The notes below the pieces were generated by a model. That model saw only the letters and a list, made by a program, of their open reading frames with translations. It did not search any database and had not been told where the DNA came from. A stretch of DNA of 64,000 nt from Octopus vulgaris. Taxonomy: Eukaryota. Both the position numbers and the translations under genes were made by a program. The DNA is taken from NCBI GenBank assembly GCA_951406725.2, contig OX597814.1:206522001-206586000 (forward strand), in the 5' to 3' direction. Shown here piece after piece: positions 25,017-37,216 of this stretch (positions are counted from its first letter, which is position 1; each line of letters begins with the position of its first letter).

Positions 25017-25450
25017 CTAGAGGGAAGTAGAGGATAGAGGGAGGTAGAAAAGAAGAAACACAGTTGGGATGGGTATAGGGAAAGAGAGAGGGAAATATAA
25101 AGGAAAGAGAGAGGGTGATATGAGGAGAGAGTGGGGGTATGAGGTATTAGAGAGAAAGAGGGAGGTAGAGGAAGGGGAGAGAAAGAGAGACAGAGTGAGG
25201 GAGAGGAGGAGAAGAGAAAGAGACAGAGTGAAGAAGAGGAAGTAGAAAAGAAGAAACACGGAGGGGAAATAGGGAAAGGGAGAGGGAGATATTGAGGAAA
25301 GAGAGAGGGTGATATAAGGAGAGAGAGGGGTATGGGGGTGTTAGAGACAGAGGGAGGTAGAGGAAGGGGAGAGGAAGAGAGACAGCGTGAGGGAGAGGAA
25401 GGGAAGAGAGAGAGACAGAGTGAAGGAGAGGAGGGGAATAGAAAGAGAAC
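25017..25450. repeat. Purine-rich (GA) low-complexity tract with an internal imperfect duplication
   Basis: gagagagggtgata...ggaggtagaggaaggggagag...gagacag.gtgagggagagga occurs twice. Confidence 0.7.
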
Positions 25451-26119
25451 AGTAAGATGATATAGTGGGTAAATGAGTGAGCTAAAATGGTTTAAAATTT
25501 TAGTGAAGGAAATTTAAATAAGTGAATTGAAAAATAAAATTGTAGAATATTGTAGATAAGGGGTAGACTAGATTTGTGTTCTAAAAACTTATTATAGAAT
25601 ATACCTAGCTTATTTATAATAGGTGAGATAAGCTGCTATAAGAAAATACCTAATAATTACATTATAATTTTATAATTACTAGATTAAAATTAATATTTCC
25701 TTATCATGGGAGTTGTCGTGTAAGATTAGTGTTTAATATTGGGTGAAGAAATGATCAAACTATTAGTTAAAAATTATATTATTAATAAGACTTTCATAGA
25801 AATAGAGACTAAATAACCTAGATAATATAATCTATTCTTTATCAGGTTTTGAATATTAATTAAGGAGGTTTTAGAAGAACTTTTTATGAGAATATTCTTA
25901 GTAAATAAGGTATTAATTGGCACACATACTAAAATCTTTGAAATATTATGGAAGGGAGGCAAACAAGATGTAAGTTCTTAGAATTAGGAATATTTAAATT
26001 TAGTATTTAAGAATGAAGTGTGGTTTATATGGGGCCTAATAATTTAGGCATATTATTATGCCCCATATAAACCACATGTGTCCGCATGGATAATGGCTCA
26101 CTTGCATTTAATGAGGCAG

Positions 26120-26370
26120 TACAGCAAGGAGAGAGACTTGGAGATGCCACTATGAAAGGTTGCTAAATGAATAGGAGAAAGAGAGTCTGCCAAATGTCGA
26201 CACAACGGAGGGACCAACTATCCAAATTGACAGCAATAAAGAGTATGAAGACAGGGAAAGCCCCCCCAGCCCATCAGGAATCACTGCAGAGATGCTTAAA
26301 ACATCTGGCGGTGTGGGCTATGGCCTAGTCATTCATATAGTCAATCAGGCGACACATGAAGGAGTCATAC
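26120..26370 (+). mobile_element. RTE LINE fragment, same family as 48141-50520
   Basis: WRCHYERLLNE, ESLPNVD, MKTGKAP and GITAEMLKTSGGVGYGLV match the minus-strand RTE at 49 kb. Confidence 0.8.
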
Positions 26371-26372
26371 TT

Positions 26373-26859
26373 TGATCAGTACTTTTGTCCAATGCTAACC
26401 TGTAATGAACACATTTAGATAATTAAGTCTGCAATGTACCCACAATACTCTCAAATAAGTCATCAATTCTTCCACCAATTGTCTGATGCAACAGACTTGT
26501 TTCATTGAATAATTTCACCTTCTTCGGACAATATTCATTAAAAGCAATTACAATACCTTCTTTATATTAATTTGCCATCAATCAGTGGCTTACCCTTCTG
26601 AGCCAATTTCCCAGCTATTAAATAACTAACTTTTGTACATGTACCAGTTTTCCCAACATGTTTTTTGAAACTGTTTTGTTGTGAACTAAGCTTCTTCTTC
26701 AATTCATTTATTTTCATTTCCCGTCTTTCTCTGTTTAATTAATTTATTGTGACTCATAATATTATTGGATGTTTCAATTACAAAATATTTTTCTGTCCAT
26801 AGGATATTGAACTTTCTCTTTTCTTCTGTTATTTTTCTCTTCTTAGTATGAGATGCCAT
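26373..26859 (-). mobile_element. hAT transposase N-terminal remnant (Charlie/SPIN/GTF2IRD2-like)
   Basis: KKRKITEEKRKFNILWTEKYF, LKKKLSSQQ, SYLIA..LAQKGKP..DG and LALDKSTD (first catalytic D motif, normally LDESTD). Confidence 0.8.
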
Positions 26860-29399
26860 GACCTGATAATGGGCTGTTAAAATTAACAATTAAAATTATT
26901 ACCTAATCATGTTGATATCAATATTCCAGAAATCAGAAACAAATGAAGAATAAATAGGCTCTTCTGTGTTAGCTTCTAAGCATTAGGCTTAGCCTGGACT
27001 AGAAACACTGAAGTACCACTGAAGCCATTATCACTTGACATTGTAAACAAGGTTAGGAAATTACACAATCAATATTGATCCGACTGCAAAAGATTTGAAA
27101 CTGAAATAATGGCCGTTAATTATGTATCAACAAAATGGTTCATTCTACAATGTATAGTCAGCCATTCTGTGTCATAGCCAACATGACCTCCCTCATTTTA
27201 CCATCCTCTATTGATGTTTCCATTGGTCCGTTCAAAATAATACACTCTGAGAATGATTTTCTCATCATGCTCTAACAAAGTAAACAAAAATATAACCAGA
27301 AAATAACATAGAATTATAATTTGAATTGCCAGTGGACCGCATGAAAATATTAAGTGAGACACAATGTGGCCCATGGCCGAAATTTTTTTTCCCACGAGAG
27401 TTCCAGATCCCAGTAATGAACTCATTTGCATACACCCAAACAGAGCTCGCTTTGAAAATCCACATACTGTGTATCACTGTACAGCCAGTCAGGCATAGAA
27501 TGGTGTATGCCACTCTGTGAGTACAGCATAGCAAGTCTCACATAAGCACCACATTCCACCCCCCACCATCGTCATAGATCAATTGAGCACCATCTCTATA
27601 TGGAGCTAACATTAGGTACCTACGCTCAGACTGAAATTAGTGATACAACATGTACCCACTGATATATGCCAAGAGGGTGCAAAACGACACAACACCATAT
27701 TGATTACGATGTTCTCAGATCAACATCAACATTTAAAATTAGGAATGTAGAAAATCAGTCAAAAAATTAGGAAACTACACTCATTTACATTTTCTAGTAA
27801 ATTACACAACTTGGCAACATTCACGGCATCATCGGTGAGCAGCTTGTGAAATTTTTTTTCCCACGAGAGTTCTGGACCCCAGTTATGAACTCATTTACAT
27901 ATACCCAATCAGAACTCAGCTATCAAAATAATTTATGAGTACATAAGTGATGGGCGATAAGGTCACTTGGGTAAGGAATGACCATGCTTCTTTTCTCTTT
28001 TAATAATGCTTGTTGTTCTTGTTCTTGTTTCGACCATGGCTGCCTCTGTGTAGTTGTGTTGTTTACTTTGTAAAACGGTAAGGGGAGAGAGTTGCTAGCA
28101 CATCCCCCTCTACCCACATTTTCCCCATCCACATCTTTACCACATGGGGCCCAAACAAAATCCAACATTAAGTATAGATGTAAATCTATCTAATTACTTG
28201 TGTAGTAGTCTGTAGCTAAATAGCTGAATGATCTATCTTGCAATAATGTTTATAGAGTAACCTCCCTCGTGAGAAGTGATTCTTAATTATTCAAGAAGCT
28301 TAGCATTTCTCTTGGAAGTTTCTAGAATGTCTAGCGTTCCATTAATAAAAACAGCTTGCTAACCCAGCTCTTCGCTTCTTAGTCAATTAGACTTAGAGCC
28401 ATTCACGCCATTGCTTTATCAGTCTATTATCTACACCACCTGACTGAAAACCACCACTTAGCTGTTATATCTACATTTTCCATCTCTGGACTTTCTTGCA
28501 TAGATTACTCCATTCAACTAGATTCTACATTTTGATTCTATGTATCATCATTGACCAGTAAATAAAATATATTTTTACGTAGTAAATATATAGGTCTTAA
28601 ATTTATTCTTCATCTCTTTATGAACTATTGTAATAACATACACGCAGCCATATCAATACTTGATACTGAACATATATACCCACTACACTTATCTTCTTCT
28701 AAATGTAGGAATAACTTGGCAATCGATCGACTTACAACACTGTTCTTCAACTTTGTAGAGTGTGTTTTGCCAAGGGATTGGTTGTTTTTAACACATTCAC
28801 GAATGTTATGACAAGGCCAAGGTTAGCTCTGATTGCTTGTATGCAAATGATTTCATTACTGGGGAAAATAAATATTTTGCCTGTGAGCACCGGGTCTATG
28901 TAATCCCCAAAATATTTTAATCTGCTAACATAGTCAAAATATTTTTAAACGTACATAATAGCAAACACCTTTTACTGCCATCTTAACATCAGACTATCAT
29001 CTTATCATCAAATTAATTTTAAAGCAATCTTTTAATGTAGGTATGTTTTGAGGAAGCTGACAGGAAGGAGGACGAGGAGAAGAAACAAAGAATGACAGGG
29101 CAAAGAAAGGAATAAAGACAGGAAAGAAAGAAATGTCCCACCCAAGAAATCAAAATGAAAGCAATACAATTAAGACAGAAAATGAATCATTGTAAAAAAA
29201 TGATGTAACAACCATTTTACACCTCAAATCCCGATAAAGCTGTTATGTACCCCTTCTGAAATGTAATTGTGGAAAAACAAACACACACACACACATATAT
29301 ATTCTTAAAATTCAGAGAAAACAAATTCATGTAGTTATAATGTAGTAAAAAGTACTGAAAGCTACTTTGTAAAGTATTTGTAAAGCAATGGAGAGACTC

Positions 29400-29812
29400 T
29401 CTCTCTTTTACTCTTTTACTTGTTTCAGTCATTTGACTACGGCCATGCTGGAGCACCGCCTTTAATCGAGCAACTCGACCCCGGGACTTATCCTTTTGTA
29501 AGCCCAGTACTTATTCTATCGGTCTCTTTTGCTGAACCGCTAAGTAACAGGGACATAAACACACCAGCATCAGTTGTCAAGCAATGCTAGGGGGACAGAC
29601 ACAAACACACAAACATACACACGCATATATATATATATATACATATATACGATAGGCTTCTTTCAGTTTCCGTCTACCAAATCCACTCACAAGACTTTGG
29701 TCGGCCCGTGGCTATAGTAGAAGACACTTGCCCAAGGTGCCACGCAATAGGACTGAACCCGGAACCATGTGGTTGGTAAGCAAGCTAATTACCACACAGC
29801 CATTCCTGCGCC
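29400..29812 (-). mobile_element. SINE family A, full length (tRNA-like head, CORE-like ccttgggcaagt, internal (TA/CA)n)
   Basis: Head ggcgcaggaatggctgtgtggtaa...ggttcagtcc, then gcaccttgggcaagtgtc; tail gaaacaagtaaaagagt. Confidence 0.9.
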
Positions 29813-30070
29813 TACGGGAAGATAGAAAGCAAAAACTTACCTCGTAACAACTCTGAGCAAAACTGAAAGTTGAATATTAATTTGATGGTTTTAAAACCGT
29901 CCATTGGTTTTACAATAACATTGTATGACATCAATGTTTTTTCTGAGAAAAACACTTGCCCTCTTTTATACAATTTACATCTACGAAAGTTTTCCCATAA
30001 AAGTTTATAATTATTTACAATGGCCAACATAAAGAAAAATTTTCAAAAGAAGAAAAACATGAAATAGTTT

Positions 30071-31114
30071 GGATCTTTACCTTTTGACCTACAGATTTAA
30101 AAAATAATCTTTTGTAATCAAACACTTTCAAACTTCGGACACTGGTAGAATGTGTCATATAAAACATCTTTTACTCTCTTCTTACTCTTTTAGTTGTTTC
30201 AGTCATTTGACTGCGGCCATGCTGGAGCACCGCCTTTAATCGAGCAACTCGACCCTGGGACTTATTCTTTTGTAAGCCCAGTACTTATTCTATCGGTCTC
30301 TTTTGCTGAACCGCTAAGTGACGGGGACATAAACACACCAGCATCGGTTGTCAAGCAATGCTAGGGGGACAAACACACGCATATATATATATATATATAC
30401 ATATATACGATGAGCTTCTTTCAGTTTCCATCTACCAAATCCATTCACAAGGCTTTGGTCGGCCCGAGGCTATAGTAGAAGACACTTGCTCAAGGACTGA
30501 ATCCGGAACCATGTGGTTGGTAAACAAGCATACTCTTAGCATTTTTGAGAAAAAATTATATTTACGAAGTATATTCGTGATAAAGTTGTCATATTTCGTA
30601 ATCTCAACCAATCAATGACGTGTATTCAGCTAAATAAAATTACTGCTGTTGTTTGTGAACAACAACTATCGGCGGCTTATATTTTATTTGTCACTGTTAT
30701 TTATGACATCGTTCATGCATTTGTACTGGTTTTAGCTTTATGGTTTTAGGGTTATGGTTAGGGTTTTAGGGTTAGGGTTAAGGTTTCAAGGTTTTAGGAT
30801 AATGGTTAGGGTGTTAGGGTTAGGGTTTTAGGGTTGTCATAAATAACAGTGACAATCGAAATATACACCGCCGGAAGTTCTTGTTGACAAACAACAGCAG
30901 TAATTTTATTCAGCTGAATACACATCATTGATTGGTTGAAATTACCAAAACAGGACTACTTTAACGTGAAATATCTTCGGAAATATAATTCTTTCTTAAA
31001 AATGCTAAGAGTAAAAGATGTTTTATATGACACATTCTACCAGTGTCCGAAGTTTGAAAGTGTTTAGTTACAAACAATTATTTTTTAAATGTGTCGGTCA
31101 AAAGGTAAAGATCC
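30071..31114. mobile_element. Complete Merlin-type foldback MITE with 8-bp TSD and a TTAGGG-like core; contains a nested SINE
   Basis: TIRs GGATCTTTACCTTTTGACC ... GGTCAAAAGGTAAAGATCC; TSD AATAGTTT at 30063-30070 and 31115-31122; the empty site is visible in the paralogous block near 14750; arms of ~280 bp. Confidence 0.9.
30175..30530 (-). mobile_element. SINE family A nested in the MITE
   Basis: Same sequence as 29400-29812. Confidence 0.85.
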
Positions 31115-31364
31115 AATAGTTTTTATAGGAAAGGAAGGTGAATATAGGTTAGAAAAGATTTCACTTTCATTTTTACCACTCCCCTCAATATACTTTATCT
31201 GGTTTTCTCCAATGGTGGCCACTAGTTGGTGTGGTTTTTCCCACAAACCTTCAGTTTCTGTGTACATGCACACATGCACGGACTTACCTTTGTGCAGATA
31301 GTATTTATTTGAGTCATATTATTGCAAAACCTGGCTGTTGTAAATTATGAGTTTGGTAACCACA

Positions 31365-32050
31365 GCATACAAACACACACACATACTGACAGAAAGATAT
31401 GCAAATAGGCCAGACATTATATTTATTGCCTACAAGGGGCTAAACATAGAAGGGTTCAAACAAGGACAGACAAAGGGATTAAGTCGATTACATCGACCTC
31501 AGTGCGTAACTGGTACTTATTTAATCGACCCTGAAAGGATGAAAGGCAAAGTCGACCACGGTGGAATTTAAACTCAGAACGTAGCGACAGACGAAATACT
31601 GCAAAACATTTTGTCTGGCATGCTAACGATTCTGCCAGCTATTATATTGAAGGTTTCCAGACAAAAGTCTTGCCTCCTCATCCATATGACTGTCCCACTC
31701 GACATAAATGTGTTTGACAAGACCTACCAAAAACTGAGCAAGTATGAAGATCTTGAAATAGAAATTGGCAAAATGTGGAACCTCAAGAGTAAAACTATAT
31801 GTATTGTCACAGGTTCCCTCGGATTGATAGCAAAAGGGGCTGATTGCTACCTAGCTCAGATACCAGGAAGTCCAAAAATGGAAGAAATTCAAATAATAGT
31901 GTTCATAGATACTGCCCATACCCTACGTAAAATATTGTCTATGTAATACGAAAAGCATTTTTATCTGCAAAAAGTCAAAATATTTTTAAATGTACATAAC
32001 AGCAAACATCTTATACTGCACTCTTAATATCAGACTATCGTCTTATAATC
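31365..32050 (+). mobile_element. R4/Dong-clade retrotransposon 3' end (RLE endonuclease plus 3' UTR), split by a SINE
   Basis: ANRPDII...LIHMTVP..N...K..KLSKYEDL..EI.KMW...IVTGSLG...TAHTLRKIL. The 3' UTR is shared with 28899-29010 and 55160-55270. Confidence 0.8.
31420..31640 (-). mobile_element. SINE family B
   Basis: ctggtacttatttaatcgaccctgaaaggatgaaaggcaaagtcgacc core. Confidence 0.85.
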
Positions 32051-32054
32051 CAAC

Positions 32055-32780
32055 TGGCAAATGCACACGTCTTTTGGATGGTTTAAGTTGCTTTGGTGGT
32101 ACTGTTTTCACATTGTCCCAGGTTCCACCTGAGCTCAGCGAGCCATTTGCTCAGTGATATCTCCCATGAAGTAAATTTGAAGGAATCGGTGTTCAGTGTT
32201 GTTGGCAGGAGGAATAGAGCCTATCCGATGATAGGATTGGCCCTGAATTTTGAATGTTGGCATATATGAGCCTTCATGAATTGATTTGGGACCAAAACTT
32301 GTCATCTGGAGTTATAAGCGTGAATTTCCTATAGAAATTGCTGTGAATCAGGGTGTTGACCAAGGAGAGGAAAGGCTGAGTAGTGTTTTGCAGGTCAGGC
32401 GAACCTTTCCGTTTGAGCAGCATATTACAGACATATTCCCTGTAACAGTCCCTCAATGAATGGTGTAATCCGCAGCAGGATCACAGTTCAGTGCCTTTTA
32501 TGCCCACCGATACCTCGATGGCTTCCAAAGGCCATGGACAAGAGCCTTCTGGTGAATATTAGAATGAAGTCTCATCATCCAATGGTTACTGTCATCTGTT
32601 AACCTTGCGGCAGAAGTGGATGTAGCATTATGTGCCTGACAAATAGCACTCTCTTCTGAGGCTTCTATGGCCCTTGCTTCAGCAGCACACACTGTATATG
32701 TTTCAAGCTGCCCTGGAATAGTTGTAGCTCTAGCAGGGGCAGCTCTTTTCAACAGTGTGCAGGAAATTGGTATGGAGCTT
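32055..32780 (-). mobile_element. Helitron RepHel N-terminal remnant
   Basis: Minus strand YMPTFKIQGQSYHRIGSIPP...HRFLQIYFMGD is a hallmark Helitron motif; upstream lies a degenerate E.SEES...ARL repeat. Confidence 0.85.
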
Positions 32781-33079
32781 TCTGTATAACTTTATGTATA
32801 ACTTTCGCTAGTGGTAGTAAAAGTCTTATTTAAAGGTTGATTCTTTGGGACGAATCATATGTGATTGTTTAAAAAAGGCTAGAACCTCAATGCTAAAACG
32901 TATTTGCAACAATGGACAATAGTCGAAATATCATAATGGAGGGGTAAATAAGCATCCCTCAAGTGAAACAATGCATTGGTAGGTAAACAAAAGTATTAAT
33001 GAATGCGTTAGTCATTATACACACACGTACTGCGATTTATATGTACTAGAATATTATTACGGTTGTTACAATGTAGGAT

Positions 33080-33285
33080 TACGCCGGACGAAATGCGTAG
33101 CCGTATTTCGTCTGCAGTTACGTTCTGGGTTCAAATTCCGCTGAGGTCGACTTTGCCTTTCATCCTTTCGGGGTCGATAAATTAAGTACCAGTTACGCAC
33201 TGGGCTCGATGTAATCAACTTAATTCGTTTGTCTGTCCTTGTTTGTCCCCTCTATGTTTAGCCCCTTGTGGGTAATAAAGAAACA
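33080..33285 (+). mobile_element. SINE family B
   Basis: gggttcaaattccgctgaggtcgactttgcctttcatcctttcggggtcgataaattaagtaccag. Confidence 0.9.
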
Positions 33286-33543
33286 TACCTTAGTCTGTAT
33301 GTAAGTACTGCAGAGAGACAGGTTAACAGAATATAGATAGATAGGAAGAGTAAAGTTTGTGTTGTGTCTGATACCCCATACTTGAAATAAGAGATAGGCC
33401 TTTGAGTAGGTACCCACGGACCAAAGAGGAGGAAAACCGATTTGGTTGAGTAAATTCCTAACTAAATTTTATTATATTATTTCTAACTAAATTATGGAAA
33501 CCATACGAAGGATTTTTCCAATGTATCATGTTTTTTTTAAAAT

Positions 33544-34342
33544 TATGGATGCTTCGAAAAGATCTAAGAAGTCACTATACTTTCATAAATTTCCTAGTGT
33601 AACAGGAGAGAATAACAGGTGGGGGCTTGTGGGGAAATGGGGATTCGGTTTCAAATCATAACTTACAAAGTTGGTAGCTATCTGCTACATAAGTATATTA
33701 TGTGTGTGTGTGTGTGCGTGTGTGTGTGTGTGTACACACGCATACTGAATTTTTGTGGAAAAAACACGCCAACAAGTGTGTGAGCGTACACAAACTGAAG
33801 AAAAACCATGCCAACTAGTGGCCACCATTGGAGAACACCAAGTATAGCGAGGGAAGTGTCAAAAATGAAAATGAAATCTTCTCTAACCTACATTCGACTT
33901 CATTTCCTATAAAAAAAACTATCTCCGGTTTTTCTTCTTTTGAAAAGTTGTTTTTTTTTTATGTCGTCTGTTTTAGATAATAATAAAACTTTATCACAAA
34001 GTTTTCTTGGAAAATAAATTGTATAAAAGAGGGCAGAGGGGAAGTGTTTTTTTCTGGGAAAACCATTGATGTCATACAAAGTTGCTGTTAAACCAATCGA
34101 CAGCTTAAAAACGATTAGATAAAGATTATTCAAGTTTCAGTTTTACTCAGAGTTGTTACGAGGTAAGTCTTCGTTTTACATCTTCCTAATTTAATTTTCT
34201 TTAATCCCGTCTCTCCATTGCTTTACAAATATTTCACAAAATCGCTTTCAATGCTTTTCACTACATTATAACTACGTGGATTTGTTGTTTCTTCTCCGTT
34301 TTCAGAATGTGTGTGTGTGTGTGTGTACGTACGTATTTCTAA
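33544..34342 (+). promoter_or_regulatory. Promoter/first-exon-like module, copy 3; candidate promoter of the PARP14-like gene
   Basis: IRF-like AAAAATGAAAATGAAA (33861), GAS TTCTTGGAA (34004) and TTCTGGGAA (34052), TATAAAAG (34022), GGGGAAGTG, TGATGTCA (34068), AACCAATCG (34091), AGTTTCAGTTTT (34133; includes an Inr-like TCAGTT) and AG|GTAAGT at 34162/34163. Confidence 0.55.
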
Positions 34343-34425
34343 GTGAAATTTTCCACAAATACCTTTCCGATGGGGTAGATTATGGCTGTATCGGAATTTA
34401 GGGTAATAAAAAGGTTGGCATAGTT

Positions 34426-34640
34426 AAAACTTCTATTTTTTTACATAAGTAATGAGAGCAAAAGAGACTAAGAGGAAGCGATTTTACGACGAGGTTTCAC
34501 TTTGAAGTCGGCCTGTGTGTGTTTGATGGGGTGTGGGAGACAGACAGTATGTTGTGTAAGTGAAGTGCTTCTGTTAGTGTGTGCGAAGAGACAGACATAC
34601 ATATACACATACACCGAGTAAAAAATTACGATGAATCGGC

Positions 34641-34672
<32 letters not shown>

Positions 34673-35126
34673 TAGATACATACACACACACACATACATA
34701 CATACATACACACATACTTACACACACACACACACATAGATACATACACACACACACATACATGCAGACATACATATACACATACACCGAGTAAAAAATT
34801 ACACTGAATCGACCATACATACATACACACATACATACATACACATACACACATACATAGATACATACACACACACATACATACATGCATACATACATAT
34901 ACACATACACCGAGTAAAAAATCAGTTATCTCTCTCTTTCACACATTACTCTCTCTGTCTCTTCGCACACACTAACAGAAGCACTTCACTTACACAACAT
35001 ACTGTCTGTCTCCCACACCCCATCAAACACACACAGGCCGACTTCAAAGTGAAACCTTCTCGTCATAAAATCGCTTCCTCTTAGTCTCTTTCGCTCTCAT
35101 TACTTATGTAAAAAAATAAAAGTTTT
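34426..35126. repeat. ~170-bp inverted repeat (34426-34595 and 34954-35126) enclosing CA-rich tandem units
   Basis: ttttttacataagtaatgagagc...gcgaagagacaga pairs with tctgtctcttcgc...ctctcattacttatgtaaaaaa. Confidence 0.9.
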
Positions 35127-35789
35127 TTACGGAAATCGACGGAAATCTGTGCTACTACATGCGAAACTTCGCCAAAAGGTTGTGTATCTGCACACATACA
35201 CACTAACATACATTATATATAAATATAAACATACACACGCACCCACACATATATTTTATTTTCGTGGCTGAGATTCAAAACGAAATTTAAGTCCTTCCAT
35301 GTCTGTTTCTTTCCTTAATGACCCTGTCAACTTACATTGTTCCACCACCATGTCACCTTAGGTCGTAAGGTGACTTTGCACCAGCCACAGATCTGGACGG
35401 TAGCCCCCAACAGGTTGTCATGTAGGAACCTTCAGATGTCCTCCACATATTTATAAGTAACCGTCTTTCTCATTACCTGGTGAGAATGTAGTCAATCTGA
35501 CTAGTGTAACCACCAGATTAGTAAGTGGACAGGTGACTTGGAGGTTTCCTGAAGTTAGTATTACAGATCATAAGATCATTTGCATCACAGAACTATATGC
35601 ATACACTTGCATATCTGTACGCCCACACGCACACATACACAGACACACACACGCGCGCGTACACACACACACGCACGCACACACGCACACACCCGCGCAC
35701 ACACACACGCACGCGCACACACACACATTTAAATGGGCATTCGGCATTCTTTCGATTTGGATATTTTATCTGTCATTGCTTCCTAGTTG

Positions 35790-36640
35790 GGATCTTTTCC
35801 TTTTGATAGCCAGTTTTCAACACAATTTCTAGTTAACTAAACAATTTGAAACTTCGTATACTGGTAGAATGTGTCAAAAGAAAACATTATTTTCACTTGG
35901 GTTTTTTGATAAATTTGTAATTTGTAAGTTTAACGTAGTTTAATTCTTCGAATTTTAACCAATGAATCGCCAGTATTTGAGCTGTGGTAATGTCGCCAAC
36001 AAAACTCCTGAAGATATGTTGAAAATAGAGCATCAGAAATTCCGTGCCTGTTGCAGTATTTGTTTTTGATAAATGAACTGAAGCGTCGTTTGGGTCTACG
36101 AAATTGAAACTGCGATTGACTGTAGAATGGTTTTGGAGCTGGTTGTAAGCTTGCCAACCTAGTTCCTGGAAGGACATGGCTATCAATTATGGGTAGCAAT
36201 GTGGCATCACTTCTGTCTGGTACAGGAACTAAAATACATCTCAGACTGTGGTATTCAACCATTCCTACAACCCAGTGACCAATCCAATATTGGCCATTGT
36301 AGTACTTCCTGTGCATAAATTTGGATTCATCAATCTCCACCACAACCCCTCCAATATGCATGAGATTTTTAATGCACCTCATGGCACAGATATCTTGAAA
36401 GTAATTGTACCAGTTTACTATGGCTTCACTAGACATCTTAACCTGTCACATAACAGTACACTGCTTGCAATCAATTTCAGCCCACCTGTACATCAATTTT
36501 GTAAGACGATTTAGTGATAGATGGGAACCAGAGAAAAAGGACTCCCGACTAATACACCGAAACCATTTGCATACAGAACACTTTCACATCTTCCCTTCAG
36601 AGACTTGACACTGCTTTACCAAGACCATAGCTTGGTTATA
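35790..36640 (-). mobile_element. Merlin (IS1016/ISXO2-like) DNA transposon: decayed transposase and one TIR
   Basis: C..C...ISRESFFSGSHLS, WYNYFQDIC, VVEIDESKF, WVVGMVE, VPDRSDATLLPII..HVLPGT, NHS.....NFVDP and YLQEFCWR; TIR GGATCTTTTCCTTTTGA at 35790 just 3' of the ORF. Confidence 0.85.
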
Positions 36641-36707
36641 GCACTCTAAGGAATTGTGGATTAATCCTAAATATACCAGGAACCGGATAGTTGAATCCAT
36701 ATCTGTA

Positions 36708-37190
36708 TCTCTTATTATAAAAGGCAGATTTTATCTGCCTCCCTTTGGGAGTTATACAAATCTACAATATAGCATTTCTTCAATTACAATTTACCTTGCA
36801 TTTTTAAGAGTACAATGCATCGCGTCATGCCAGCTCCAGTTTTTAAAATTTAAACTCCAGTTAAGCAAAATTTACAGAAAACTCACATTCTGGTGTGTGT
36901 GTCAAATGCTTTTCTTAGTCTGGTTTACACCACACGCAAACGCACACACACAGTGGGCAACGAATAAAATGAAACTAATTGACTTACTGTAGTGAGTGAT
37001 TCTTTCACTCTGCCTCCCACTTCTTCTTTCCACACAGACTCGCAAATATATAAATAAAATTGTAAGCTAACGTGCGTGTGTGTGAGTGGGTGTGTGTGGG
37101 TGTGCGCGTGTGTGTGTATGTTTGAGGGTGCGTGTGTGTGTGTGTGCGTGTGCGTGAGTGTGTGACAGGAAAGTTTTTTTACGACGAATA
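36708..37190 (+). mobile_element. Helitron-like 5' fragment
   Basis: A|TCTCTTATTATAAAAGGCAG start resembles the head at 38894; no 3' CTAG located. Confidence 0.4.
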
Positions 37191-37216
37191 TAACACCTAT
37201 ATCCAAGTAGCAGAAA

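Larger units (their letters stand above)
29160..31270 (-). promoter_or_regulatory. Promoter/first-exon-like module, diverged copy 2, interrupted by a SINE and a MITE
   Basis: Retains acttacctcgtaacaactctgag (donor at 29841/29840), aaaactgaaa, attgg, tgacatca, ttctgagaa (29941) and tttcactttcattttt (31159), while intervening bases have diverged. Confidence 0.45.

Noticed and set aside
30735-30835. True telomere or chromosome-fusion site
   Set aside because: Short, degenerate, single orientation and enclosed within a TIR element that has a TSD.
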